64,000 nucleotides of DNA from Spirochaetia bacterium (GCA_965203905.1 CBDBDQ010000005.1:3904001-3968000), one strand, 5' to 3'. Shown: positions 26,604 to 37,043, counted from the first letter of the stretch. The notes: generated by a model from the letters alone, not told the origin. Translations and numbers: made by a program.

Positions 26604-27884
26604 TTGGCATCCGTGACCGTCGCACCGACCCACGACCGATTCCTGCGCGGCGGGCAGCCGTTCTTCTATCTCGGCGACACCGCCTGGATGGCCTTCTCCA
26701 ACGTTCCTTCTGCCATTTGGACGGAGTACGTGCGTTTCCGCAGGGAGCAGGGCTTCACCGCGCTGCAGATCAGCGTGCTGCCGATCAATCACGACACCAG
26801 CGTCGCGGCGACCAACGACAGCCCGTTCGCACCGCGCGCCGGCGGCTGGGACTACGGCGCCCGCAACGACGCCTACTTCGACAAGGCCGAGCGCATGGTG
26901 GCCGAGGCCGTGGCGGCGGGCCTGGTGCCGGTGCTGGGCGTGCTGTGGCGCAACTACGTACCCGGCACCCGGAGCTCGACCGCCAACCCGGTTGCCGGTC
27001 CGATGCCGTTCGATGTCATGGAACGGTACGTCGCCCACATCGCGCGGCGTTTTCGCCCCTTCGAGCCGATGTTCTTCATCTCGGGCGACACGCTCTGGGA
27101 GTCCCCGGACGAGCCGCGTTACTACCTCCGGGCCCTGGAGCTGATCCGTGCGGGATGCCCCGACGCACTGGTCTCCATGCACCTCACCCCGCAGGCGGAC
27201 CTGCCGGACCGGTTCGTGGACGCGGTGGATTTCTACATGTTCCAGTCCGGACACAGTGTAGACCACCCCGATCGGCCGTGGCGGCTGGCCGAGAAGTTTG
27301 CCTCTTCGCGGATTCGGCGTCCGGTGATCAATTCCGAGCCCTGTTACGAGGGCCACGGACGAGGCGTCGGCCGCGCCCGGCAGGTGCGCGGGCAGTGGAC
27401 TCGATCGGAGGTGCGCGCGGCCGCGTGGCAGAGCCTGCTCTCGGGCGCCAAGGCGGGCGTCACCTACGGCGGCCACGGCGTATGGAGCTTTCACACGCGC
27501 GAGAAACGCTTTCTGAACGATCACAAGTACGTGCCGATGGACTGGTGGGAGGCGTTGCGCCTGCCCGGCGCCTGGGACTACGGGTACGCGCGCTGGCTGT
27601 TCGAGACCTTCGGCCTGGCCGACCTTGCGCCCAACCAGGCCCTGGTGGGCAGTGACGACCCCGCTATCCGCGCCGCGGCTGGCGACGGCGCCCGGGTGGT
27701 GGCAGTCTACATGCCGCACGCCGTGAGCCTGGAGGTCAACGCCGACCTGAGCCGCCACCGCATCACGCTGCTCGACCTGGAGCGGCGGCGGCCGTATACC
27801 ACCGACGTGACGGTGTCCGGCGGGCGCACGCGGTTCCAACTCCCCAACACGAACTCCGACCTGCTGATGATCGCGGTGCGGTAG
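26604..27884 (+). CDS. DUF4038 / apiosidase-like (GH140-related) glycoside hydrolase
   Basis: PFFYLGDTAW, FQSGH, PVINSEPCYEG, GVTYGGHGVW; TTG start after GGGAGG. Confidence 0.85.
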   Translation: MASVTVAPTHDRFLRGGQPFFYLGDTAWMAFSNVPSAIWTEYVRFRREQGFTALQISVLPINHDTSVAATNDSPFAPRAGGWDYGARNDAYFDKAERMVAEAVAAGLVPVLGVLWRNYVPGTRSSTANPVAGPMPFDVMERYVAHIARRFRPFEPMFFISGDTLWESPDEPRYYLRALELIRAGCPDALVSMHLTPQADLPDRFVDAVDFYMFQSGHSVDHPDRPWRLAEKFASSRIRRPVINSEPCYEGHGRGVGRARQVRGQWTRSEVRAAAWQSLLSGAKAGVTYGGHGVWSFHTREKRFLNDHKYVPMDWWEALRLPGAWDYGYARWLFETFGLADLAPNQALVGSDDPAIRAAAGDGARVVAVYMPHAVSLEVNADLSRHRITLLDLERRRPYTTDVTVSGGRTRFQLPNTNSDLLMIAVR

Positions 27885-27953
27885 CGGCCGTCCGCCGCCG
27901 GCGGGTCGACGGAGCCGCGGCCGGCTTCCGGCGACGGTTGCGGGTGTTGCAGG

Positions 27954-28154
27954 CTAATTGCCGTGAGACCAGGTTGAGCCGGTCCGCGTGTCCGCCGCGT
28001 GCTGACCCACGTCCGGCTGCGGGGTCGAACCCGCCGGATCGTGCACCAGCCCGGCGCGGCGGCCGGCGGCAGCCAGCGACAGGCACAGCGCGCGCAGCTG
28101 GCTCAAGCGCTGCAGGCGAACCGTTACCGCGTGCGCGGACATGTCTACCTTCAC
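27954..28154 (-). CDS. Small hypothetical partner of the nucleotidyltransferase
   Basis: VKVDMSAHAVTVRLQRLSQLRALCLSL; GTGA overlap with the upstream stop. Confidence 0.6.
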   Translation of the reverse strand: MKVDMSAHAVTVRLQRLSQLRALCLSLAAAGRRAGLVHDPAGSTPQPDVGQHAADTRTGSTWSHGN

Positions 28155-28612
28155 TCCGTCGCTCCTGTCAGCCGCTTGATGTCGTCCTGGTCCTGCCCGC
28201 TGCCGCGCAACCGTTTCAACGCGACCAGCCCGGACCGCGACACCGTCCCGATGGCGCCGTGGTTCCATGCGACGCGCCGGCGCGACTGCCACACGCTTTC
28301 CAGGGCCGGCGTGACGTGCAGCAGGTCGACCATCAGAACGTCCTCCGAGTCTGGCTCCGGCTTGACCAGCCGAGAGATGGTCACCGCGCCTCCGGCGAGC
28401 CTCATTGGTGCCGCTGCCAGGCGATAACCAAGCTGTGCCAGGACCTCAGCGGCGGTCGGCACCTGATCGGGTGTGACCAGCATGTCGATGTCGATGGTCG
28501 CACGTGGAATACCGTATATCGCCAGTGCCACACCGCCGCACAGCGCGTAGTCGACGCGTGCGAGGTCAAGAGCATCGGTGATGCAACGAAGTTCGGTGAG
28601 CAAGTCGGTCAC
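28151..28612 (-). CDS. Nucleotidyltransferase (AbiEii/DUF6036-like)
   Basis: YALCGGVALAIYGIPRATIDID and LVALKRLRGSGQDQDDI. Confidence 0.8.
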   Translation of the reverse strand: MTDLLTELRCITDALDLARVDYALCGGVALAIYGIPRATIDIDMLVTPDQVPTAAEVLAQLGYRLAAAPMRLAGGAVTISRLVKPEPDSEDVLMVDLLHVTPALESVWQSRRRVAWNHGAIGTVSRSGLVALKRLRGSGQDQDDIKRLTGATE

Positions 28613-28754
28613 GGTGTTCGCACCCGACCGGAACACCTCACTTCGAACCACCATCGAGCGACTCGAATCGGGCGGCCACCTCACCCGCCATGATGCAGCA
28701 GTCTACGAGTTCCGATTACGCCCAACAACAAACGTCGCACCCGCCGCCAGACGG

Positions 28755-29126
28755 TCAAGCGGTGTAGTAGTGCGATTCGAGGAGCAGGCAGCCGCCGGTC
28801 GACTCGAAGGGGCCGTGCAGCACGCCGGGCGGGCGGCAGGCGTAGGTGTGAGCGGTGAAGGTTTCGCGCTCGCCGCCGCTGCTGCCCACGGTCAGGTCTC
28901 CTGATACCAGGAACACTTCTTCCCAGTAGTCGTGCACGAACTGCTCCGTGGTTCGGGCGCCGGGGCGGAAGCGCAGCAGCCGGGTACGCGCGCCGCGGCG
29001 GTTCTCCTCGTCCAGCCCTCCCGAAAGAATCTTCTGCTCGATCCCCGGTGGATAGCCGGCCGGCACCTCCCAGCCCGCCTCCAGGTCGACGCGGTGGAAC
29101 TCCCGATGTTCGCGTTCGAGGTTCAT
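28755..29126 (-). CDS. Cupin (ChrR-like) protein
   Basis: HDYWEEVFLVSG...RPPGVLHGPF; ATGA-coupled to the monooxygenase. Confidence 0.85.
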   Translation of the reverse strand: MNLEREHREFHRVDLEAGWEVPAGYPPGIEQKILSGGLDEENRRGARTRLLRFRPGARTTEQFVHDYWEEVFLVSGDLTVGSSGGERETFTAHTYACRPPGVLHGPFESTGGCLLLESHYYTA

Positions 29127-30595
29127 TCTCCTGATTCCTCCAGTTCGTCTTCGAGCCCGTACGAGTCCAGCATGGTGTCGACCAGGCCGGTGGCGGCGTC
29201 CCAGTCGAAGGTGCGGTACGAATGGGCGCGCGTCACGAACGGTGCGCCGGCGTAGAACATCTCGTACTGCTCGTGGCGCGAGGCGAACTCGGAGCCGATC
29301 ACGTCCCACGCCAGGCGGTAGAACTTGACCTTGCTGCGCGCGTCCGCGGCCGGCGACTGCTGGGTCTGTTCGATCAGCGCGGCCAGCTCGGGGTTGGCGA
29401 AGTCGCGCACGCTCGAGGGCTGCATGATGAGCCCACCCCCGGCCAGCTCGCGCAGCGTGGAAATGATCCTGCCGTACAGCTTCTGGGTGATCACCTGCGC
29501 CGCGTACAGGGTGTGCCGGTGTGGCACGTAGTACTTGCCCGCCATCGCCCCGCGCACCTCCATCGCCTCCACCATCGCTTCCACCATGCCCACCTCGGCG
29601 GCCAGCTCGCCGAGCGTATCGCGCACCCGCGGGAAGCCCGAGGTGCCGTTGACCTGCGCGATGCGGTGCGCCACGCCGACCAGGAAGCGCAGCTTGACGC
29701 ACAGCCGGATCTGGGCCTGGTAGTTCTGGTACACGTGCGCCGGGGTGGCGTGGAACTGCCTCTGGCACATGGCGATGTCGCGGTCCACGAAGACCCGCTC
29801 CCAGGGCACGTGCACGTTGTCGAAGTAGATCACCGCGTCGTTCTCGTCGAAGCGTGATGCGAACGGGTTGTCGAACACGCTCTCGGCGCGCTGCTCGTAG
29901 GAACGCCGCGACAGCACCTTCAGGCCCGGGGTAGCGATCGGCACGGCGAACGAGATGGCGTAGTTCTCGTCGCCGGGCTGCAGCGGCTGGATGCTGGTGA
30001 CCAGGATCTCGTTGGCCATGATGCCGCCGGTGGCCAGCATCTTGGCGCCGTGCACGGTCAGCCCGGCGGCATCCTCGTCCACCACCGCCGCGGTCAGGTG
30101 CTCGCCGCGCTGCTGGTGCGCGGCCTTGGCGCGGTCCGCCTGCGGGTTGATGATCACGTAGCTCAGGTACAGGTCGTGATCACGCGCGAAGCGGTAGTAG
30201 TCGGCCAGCGCCGCCGCCCGCCTGGGGTCGTACTCCGCGAACACCTCCAGCCCCATGAACATGCCGGAGATGGTGGAGGCGACGTGGTCCGGCGAACGTC
30301 CCAGGAAGCCGGCGTGCTGCTCGCTCCACGCCTCGATGGCGCGCCGCCGCGCGACCAGCTCGCCGTAGCAGCGGGGCAACTGCCAGATGCGGCTATAGCG
30401 CGAGCCGTCCTCGGCGGCGCAGGTCATCAGCTCGCCGTGCTCGCGGGCGCTCTGGAAGTCGTACAGGCCGCAGATCGAGCGCACCGCGTTGCGGTACGCG
30501 GGATGGGTGGTGACGTCGTCCACCAGCGCGCCGTTCAGATACACCTGCCGGCCGTCGCGCAGCGCGCGCGCATGCTGGTCGCCGGTCTTGATCAT
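29123..30595 (-). CDS. 4-hydroxyphenylacetate 3-hydroxylase-like flavin monooxygenase, large component
   Basis: LRDGRQVYLNG..DDVTTHPAY, GRSPDH, GAKMLAT, RFDENDA, RHEQYEMFYAG. Confidence 0.9.
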   Translation of the reverse strand: MIKTGDQHARALRDGRQVYLNGALVDDVTTHPAYRNAVRSICGLYDFQSAREHGELMTCAAEDGSRYSRIWQLPRCYGELVARRRAIEAWSEQHAGFLGRSPDHVASTISGMFMGLEVFAEYDPRRAAALADYYRFARDHDLYLSYVIINPQADRAKAAHQQRGEHLTAAVVDEDAAGLTVHGAKMLATGGIMANEILVTSIQPLQPGDENYAISFAVPIATPGLKVLSRRSYEQRAESVFDNPFASRFDENDAVIYFDNVHVPWERVFVDRDIAMCQRQFHATPAHVYQNYQAQIRLCVKLRFLVGVAHRIAQVNGTSGFPRVRDTLGELAAEVGMVEAMVEAMEVRGAMAGKYYVPHRHTLYAAQVITQKLYGRIISTLRELAGGGLIMQPSSVRDFANPELAALIEQTQQSPAADARSKVKFYRLAWDVIGSEFASRHEQYEMFYAGAPFVTRAHSYRTFDWDAATGLVDTMLDSYGLEDELEESGE

Positions 30596-30619
30596 CTCAT
30601 CCCCCCGTCGCCGAACCGG

Positions 30620-30957
30620 TTGGCGCGGGCCGCTCCGCAGCACCGGGGACAGGGTAGCGATGCCGATTGTGGCGTGGCCGCAGCCGCCCGGGCTCCAGAT
30701 CGGCTAGAAGAGATGGCGCCGATTGCCGAACCCGGCACGGTGGGCGGGGTGAGCAGCGCCCCGAACTGGTCCGATTGGCCTCGTGGCTCGTGACACAGCA
30801 TGGGCGCCGGTGCCGCCACCTCTTCCGAGGCGCGCAACCAGGCGGCCCGTTCGGCCATGGTGACGCCCGGTATCGGCGCCAGGCCGGAGGCTACGATGCG
30901 GTTGGGCACGCTGGCGGGATGGGTCTCCACCACCCGGATCGTGCGGGCAAACGTCAT
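30620..30957 (-). pseudogene. Proline racemase / hydroxyproline epimerase 5' remnant
   Basis: RTIRVVETH...PIPGVTMAER...HEPRGQSDQFGALLTPP, then the catalytic CGHATIG motif in another frame; truncated. Confidence 0.75.
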
Positions 30958-31139
30958 CGGTGCCCGTTGACCTTACGCGCAGATGCGGCGCAGCGCAATA
31001 TCCGCCACAACGGCCGCGCGGTACAGGCTTGGGGCTCTGCTGGGCGCGGAAACCGCGAAGACGCGGGCGAGTTTGCAGAGTTCGTCACGTAGTGACAGAA
31101 TCGGCGATCTCATCACATCAGGTGCGGCGATGCCGTCAC

Positions 31140-31246
31140 AGATGTGCGACGAGGGCAAGGTGGTGGAGATGGGCACCCGGGACGAAATGCTTGAGCACCC
31201 CCGGCATGAGCGCACGCAGCAGTTCCTGGCCCAGATCCTCACCTGA
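31140..31246 (+). pseudogene. 3' remnant of an amino-acid ABC ATPase
   Basis: DEGKVVEMGTRDEMLEHPRHERTQQFLAQIL is a GlnQ-type C-terminus with no upstream body. Confidence 0.65.
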
Positions 31247-31267
31247 GCCTGCCATGTGCCTGCCCGG

Positions 31268-32521
31268 ATGAAACTGACCACCGAGGAGCGGCGCATGGCC
31301 GCGGGCGAGCGCGGTGAGGCGGTGGCACTCGCGATGTCGGTAATGGCCACCCTCGGCGAGCGCTACGGCGCGCCCGACATGGTGCCGATCAAGGGCGCCC
31401 ACGTGGACGGCTGCATCTATCGCGGCGACGAGGAGGCGTCGCTGGTGTTTGCCGAACGGCTCGCCGCCGCCGGTGCGCGCGTAGCGGTGCCGACCACGCT
31501 GAGCGCCGGCGCGCGCGACATCGAGCGCTGGCGGGAACTGCGGCTGCCGGAGGCGTTCGCGGCCGGCTGCCGGCGCATGGAGCAGGCCTACCTGTCGATG
31601 GGCACGGTGCCGGCGTGGACCTGCGCCCCCTATCTGCACGCGGCGGCGCTGCGCGTGGGCGACCAGGTGGCGTGGGCCGAATCCAACGCCATCGTGTACG
31701 CCAACACGGTGATCGGCGCGCGCACCGCGCGCTACGGCGACTTCTCCGACATCTGCGCGGCCCTGATCGGACGCGTGCCGCGCTTCGACCTGCACGTGAC
31801 CGAGAACCGAGTCGGGCGGATCCTGGTGCGGTGCCCGGCGCCGGCGCTGGCCGGCTTCGACGTCGCCGATCCGGCCACCTGGTCGGCGCTCGGCTACGCG
31901 CTCGGCGCACTGGTGCCGGACGGCGTGCCGGTGCTGGACGGGCTGCCGCGCAGCGCGACGCCCGATCAGCTCAAGGCGCTGTGTGCGGCGGTGGCCACCT
32001 CGGGCAACGTGGCGCTGATCCACGTGGTGGGGGTCACCCCGGAGGCGGCCACCCGCGAGCAGGCGCTCGGGGGCCGGCAGCCGGTGCGGGTTGTCGAGCT
32101 CGGCGCACGCGACCTGGAGCAGGCGCACGCCACGCTGTCCACGTCCAGCGGCGGCGCGGTCGACCTGGTGAACATCGGCTGTCCGCACGCCTCCGTCACC
32201 GAGGTGGAGCGGATCGTCGACCTGCTCGCCGGGCGGCCGGTGGCGCCGTCGGTGCAGTTCTGGCTCAAGACCAACCGCGCGGTCTACCAGCGCCTGGAAC
32301 GGACGCCGCTGCTGGCGGCACTGCAGGCAGCCGGGGTCACCCTGCTGACCGACGCCTGCATCATGGCCGGGCATTACTACCGCTACTGGCCGCTGCGCCG
32401 GGTGGTGACCAACTCGGCCAAGTACGCCCACTACGCTCCCACGGGCATGCGCGTGGAGACCCTGTTCCGCTCCACCGCCGAGTGCGTGGAGGCCGCGGTG
32501 TCGGGCTCCGTCGATGGCTGA
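31268..32521 (+). CDS. Aconitase X catalytic subunit (DUF521)
   Basis: MKLTTEE, AHVDGCIY, TCAPY, AWAESNAIVYANTV.GAR, IGCPHAS, DAC, TNSAKYAHY. Confidence 0.9.
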   Translation: MKLTTEERRMAAGERGEAVALAMSVMATLGERYGAPDMVPIKGAHVDGCIYRGDEEASLVFAERLAAAGARVAVPTTLSAGARDIERWRELRLPEAFAAGCRRMEQAYLSMGTVPAWTCAPYLHAAALRVGDQVAWAESNAIVYANTVIGARTARYGDFSDICAALIGRVPRFDLHVTENRVGRILVRCPAPALAGFDVADPATWSALGYALGALVPDGVPVLDGLPRSATPDQLKALCAAVATSGNVALIHVVGVTPEAATREQALGGRQPVRVVELGARDLEQAHATLSTSSGGAVDLVNIGCPHASVTEVERIVDLLAGRPVAPSVQFWLKTNRAVYQRLERTPLLAALQAAGVTLLTDACIMAGHYYRYWPLRRVVTNSAKYAHYAPTGMRVETLFRSTAECVEAAVSGSVDG

Positions 32522-32951
32522 GCTGGTGCCGGGCACCGACCTGCCGTTCAGGACCTTCGCCGAGGGCGCGGCATGCGGCGAGGCGGTGGTCTCGGCCGAG
32601 CCGATCAGCTTCGCCGGCGAGTTCGACGCCGCCACGGGGGTGGTGACAGGCCGCCGCAGCGCGCTGCGCGGCGCGTGCCTCACCGGCAGGATCCTGGTCT
32701 ACCCTCACGGGCGCGGCTCCAGCTCCACCTCCTCGATCCTGGCCGAGGCGCTGCGCCGCGGCACCGCGCCGGCGGCCATCGTCAACGTGTCGGTCGAGCA
32801 CATCATCGTGGTCGGTGCGCTGGTGGCGCAGAAGCTGTTCGGCACCTCGCTGCCGATCATCGCGGTGGCGCCCGAGCTGCTCGATCGCGTGCGCTCCGGC
32901 GACCGGCTGGAGATCGACACCGCGCGCGGCATCTTCCGGTACCACGCATGA
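32514..32951 (+). CDS. Aconitase X swivel subunit (DUF126)
   Basis: ISFAGEFD..TG...GRILVYPHGRGSSS. Confidence 0.9.
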   Translation: MAELVPGTDLPFRTFAEGAACGEAVVSAEPISFAGEFDAATGVVTGRRSALRGACLTGRILVYPHGRGSSSTSSILAEALRRGTAPAAIVNVSVEHIIVVGALVAQKLFGTSLPIIAVAPELLDRVRSGDRLEIDTARGIFRYHA

Positions 32952-34597
32952 GCGCGCGCGAGGCGCCTGCGCGCCCCAACATCCTGCTCATCCTGGCCGA
33001 CGACATGGGGTACTGCGACATCGGCTGCTACGGGTCGGAGATCCGCACTCCGAATCTCGACGCCCTGGCCAGCGGCGGGCTGCGCTTCTCGCAGATGTAC
33101 AACTGCGCCCGCTGCTGCCCGTCGCGCGCCGCCCTGCTGACCGGCCTCTATCCGCAACAGACCGGCGTAGGGCACATGATCCGCGACCTCGGGCTGCCGC
33201 AGTACCAGGGCTTTCTCAATGACCGCTGCGTGACGGTGGCCGAGGTGCTCCGTGAGCACGGCTACAGCACGCTGATGGCCGGCAAGTGGCACGTCGGCGG
33301 CCACTAAGACCTGCTCCATCCGGAGCGCTGGCGTCCGGGCGACGCGCGTCACCCGCTGCCCACCCAGCGCGGCTTCGACCACTTCTACGGGCTCGTGGCC
33401 GGGGCCGGCAACTACTTCGACCCCAAGCCGATGCTGGAGGACGAGCGGGTCATCCCGGTCGCCGGCGAGCCCGGCTACTACCTGACCGACGCGATCAGCG
33501 AGCGGGCAGCCGGCATGTTCGACCGCTACGTTGGCGCTTCTCCGGAGCGGCCGTTCTTTCTGCACCTCAGCTACACGGCTCCGCACTGGCCGCTGCACGC
33601 CAGGGAGGAGGACGTTGCGCGCTACGCCGACCGCTACCGCGGTGGCTGGGATGCGCTGCGCGCCGCCCGCCACGAGGAACTGACCGCCATGGGCATGGTC
33701 AGCGAGCGCTGGCCGTTGTCGCCGCGAGACGAGGGCGTGCCGCCGTGGGAGGATTCGCACCACCGCGACTGGAACGCGCTGCGCATGGCCGTGTACGCGG
33801 CGCAGATCGACAGCATGGACCGCGGCATCGGACGCATCATGGCCAAGCTGCGGGAGCTGGGGCAGGAGCGCAATACTCTCGTGATCTTCGTGTCCGACAA
33901 CGGCGGCTGCGCGGAGTTCCTGGCCGAGGACGGCGACCAGCCCGAGCCGAGCCAGTTCCGGGCCACGCTGGCGGACGGGCGCGGGGTGACGATCGGCAAC
34001 CTGCCCGACCTGGCGCCCGGCGGAGCGGATACCTTCATGAGCTACGACATTCCGTGGGCCAACGCCAGCAACGTGCCGTTCCGGCTGTACAAGACCTTCC
34101 TCCACGAGGGCGGCATCGCCACCCCGTGCATCGTGTCGTGGCCCGGGACGATCACCGAGGCGCGCATCGTGCATCAGCCGGCGCACTTCATCGACATCGC
34201 CGCCACCTGCATCGCCGCCGCCGGCGCCCGCTACCCGAACGCGTGGGACGGGCGGGCGATCCAGCCGCTGGAAGGGGAGAGCCTGCTGCCGCTGATCGCC
34301 GGCCGCCCGTGGCGGCGTGAGGCGCCGATGGTGTGGGAACACGAGGGCAACCGGGCGCTGCGGGCGGGACAGTGGAAACTGGTGAGCGAATACGGGCAGC
34401 CGTGGGAGCTGTACGACATGCAGACCGACCGCACGGAGTTGCGCGACCTCGCCGGAAGCGCCGCCGGCCGCACCAAGGCCGCCGAGCTGGCGCGCGCGTG
34501 GGACGAGTGGGCACAGCGCTGCGGCGTGTCGCCGTGGCCGCTGCCCGACCAGACCTGGCAGCGACGCATGCACACCAGCCACAGCCTCGTGGTGTAG
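32948..34597 (+). pseudogene. Arylsulfatase interrupted by one in-frame TAA (33305-33307)
   Basis: RPNILLILADDMG, CCPSRAALLTG, GKWH, stop, then the same frame continues RGFDHFYG...SDNG...WELYD. Confidence 0.85.
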
Positions 34598-34615
34598 CAG
34601 CCGGGAGGGAGCACG

Positions 34616-35302
34616 GTGACGCTGGATTTGAACTTGGCGTGCATGGGCCGCAGCCCCGAGGTGCGGGCGCTGGAGGTGCGGCACCTGGTAATCGCCGGCT
34701 GGACGGGCCGCGACGCCGCGGCCACCGAGGCCCACATCAGGGAACTGGAAGCGATCGGCGTCCCGCGTCCGGCGGCCGTGCCGACATTCTATCGCACCGC
34801 GGCGGCGCTGCTGACCACCCCCGCCACGATCCAGGTGGTGGGGAGAGATTCCAGCGGCGAGGTCGAGCCGGTGCTTCTCGCCCACGACGGCGAGCTGTGG
34901 ATCGGCGTGGGGTCCGACCACACCGACCGCGCCGCCGAGCGCTCCGGGGTGAGCCGGGCCAAGCAGCTCTGCGCCAAGCCGGTCGGCCGCGACTTCTGGC
35001 TGTTCGCCGAGGTGGCGGACCACTGGGACCGGGTGATGCTGCGCTCCTGGGCGGTGGCCGGCGGCCGGCGGCGGCTCTACCAGGAAGGCCCCGCCGCCGC
35101 CCTGCTGCGCCCCGAGGAGCTGCTGCAGCGCTACCGGGCGCAGGCCTCCCTGCAGCCCGAGGCCGTGATGTTCTGCGGCACGCTGCCGGTGATCGGAGCA
35201 CTCGGCCACGCCGACCGCTTCGAGATGCAGCTCGACGACCCCGTGCTCGGACGCACCATCGGCGCCGGCTATGCCATCGAGGTGCTCCCGGTCATCGGGT
35301 AA
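34616..35302 (+). CDS. DUF2848 (FAH-like) protein
   Basis: IAGWTGRD...HIRELEAIGV..P, SSGEVEPVL, GSDHTDR, KQLCAKP. Confidence 0.85.
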   Translation: MTLDLNLACMGRSPEVRALEVRHLVIAGWTGRDAAATEAHIRELEAIGVPRPAAVPTFYRTAAALLTTPATIQVVGRDSSGEVEPVLLAHDGELWIGVGSDHTDRAAERSGVSRAKQLCAKPVGRDFWLFAEVADHWDRVMLRSWAVAGGRRRLYQEGPAAALLRPEELLQRYRAQASLQPEAVMFCGTLPVIGALGHADRFEMQLDDPVLGRTIGAGYAIEVLPVIG

Positions 35303-35450
35303 CGTCCTTCCCCCATGAGTTCTCCATCGCCGCTACGGCGGACTACTAGGCGGCGGGTACGCGGTGCGCTCCCAGCGCTCGGCATCAAGATCAAGTAGCC
35401 ACGCCCTTCCTAAGGACACGGTGGCCCGGTCGCGCTGCGCGCCGCGGCCA

Positions 35451-35915
35451 TCACACGCGCAGCACCACCATCCTGCGCTCCACGTCGACGCGGTAGGTCT
35501 CGACCCGCCCATCGGCGTCATCATCGTGGGAGCAGGCTGCGGCCTCCACCGCGACCGGGTACTTGCGTACACGGACCGCGTGCGGATTGAAGACGCTGCG
35601 CCCGTTGGTGACGTCGAACTCCCAGCCATGCCAGGGACAGCGCAGGATCTCGCCCTCCCGCGCGTAGCGGTAGCTGCCCGGCGGGCCGGGCAGTGTAGTC
35701 CCGGTAAGCGGCCCCCGGCACAGCGGCGCCCCCTGGTGGGGACAGACGTTGCGCAGCGCGTAGTAGCGGCCGCCGACGTTGAACACGCCGATGGAACGCG
35801 CTCCGACCGTCACGATGCGCCGCGTCCCGGGCGGCAACTCGTCCGCCGCGCACACCACGACCCGTTCAGCCCCCGCGCCAACCGCTTTCAAAAGAACCCC
35901 CGTCGCGCGCATCAC
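35451..35915 (-). CDS. Rieske [2Fe-2S] ferredoxin (start uncertain)
   Basis: CPHQGAPL and CPWHGWEFD. Confidence 0.85.
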   Translation of the reverse strand: MMRATGVLLKAVGAGAERVVVCAADELPPGTRRIVTVGARSIGVFNVGGRYYALRNVCPHQGAPLCRGPLTGTTLPGPPGSYRYAREGEILRCPWHGWEFDVTNGRSVFNPHAVRVRKYPVAVEAAACSHDDDADGRVETYRVDVERRMVVLRV

Positions 35916-36039
35916 GCGCCGTGCTCTTGCACACCGCGGCGCCCCTGCGTGCCAGCTTCCCCATCACTTCGGGGTGGCGGCGCAGGTATGGTACGCCGCG
36001 AGCGGCGCTGGGGTCACCAAGTCCAACAGAGGCCAAACC

Positions 36040-36670
36040 CGGCCACGCCGCTGACCTGTTGCCAGATGGCGTTCGCGGCGTTACCAGAGACGGTGACCAC
36101 GCGCTACTTTCGTGGCGACAGCGCCTGTTATGAAAACAATCACCTGGACTGGCTCAGCTCCCCCGAACGCGCGCAGGAGCCGGGCGGGCGCATCGGTTTC
36201 GCCATCAGTGCGGTGATGAGTCCGCAGTTGGCCCAGACCATCGCCGCGCTCCCGGAGGCCGAGTGGACCACCTTCGATACCGAACCCGACGGCACCTTGC
36301 GGCAGTGGGCGGAAGTGGTCTACGTCCCACCAAGAAAGCGGAGCACAAGCACTCACAGCCGTTGCGCTATGTCGAGCTGCGGCTGCTGAAGGCGCAAGGC
36401 GTGTTTGCCGACGGCTCTGATCGCCACCATCACGCGGTGGTCAGCAACCTCGATTGGGACGCGGTGCGACTGTTGCAGTGGCACCGGGAGAAGGCCGGCA
36501 CCGTCGAACACGCCCATGACGAATTCAAGAATGGCCTCGCGGCCGGGCACATGCCCAGCCAATGGTTCGCGATCAACGCGACCTGGCTGAAGCTGGCGAT
36601 CCTGAGCTACAACATCGCCAGCGCGATCAAGGGTTTGTGCTTCAGCCCCGAGGAGCGTACTGCGCGGGCG
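36040..36670 (+). mobile_element. IS1380-family transposase remnant (frameshifted, truncated)
   Basis: YFRGDSACY, then a frameshift near 36330 to WHREKAGTVEHAHDEFKN...FAINATWLKLAILSYNI. Confidence 0.75.
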
Positions 36671-37043
36671 CCGTTCTCTTCAGCCATTCAACCCCGTTCC
36701 CAGCACCACCGTAGGCACCACCACGCGCCGAGAACCGGCCTGCGGGCGGCCATCGCTGCCTGTGAACGGCCTGCTGCGCGCTTCTGGGCGTCGTGTTCGC
36801 CAGCCCTCCAGCGCAATCTGACTCGGCACCGCCTCGCACCTCTCCGGCGCCATCCGCCGGCCTGCTTCATGGCCCGCGGGAGCTGGTGGCGACCTCCGGC
36901 AGCGTTAGGCGAGGACTTGGGACGATTCCATGAGCTTGACAACCGCCGGCCACCCGCCCGGCCCGGTGGCAAGCTGGTGTACCTCCCGGAGTACGCCGGA
37001 TAGAGTACGGGCTCACGCAGTCTGGAGCACCACGGAGGCTTGC

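Noticed and set aside
33305-33307. Programmed readthrough (Sec/Pyl)
   Set aside because: The codon is TAA, not TGA or TAG, and the position is not catalytic.
35345-35420. Possible antitoxin stub (AWLLDLDAERWER) on the minus strand
   Set aside because: Too short to distinguish from chance.
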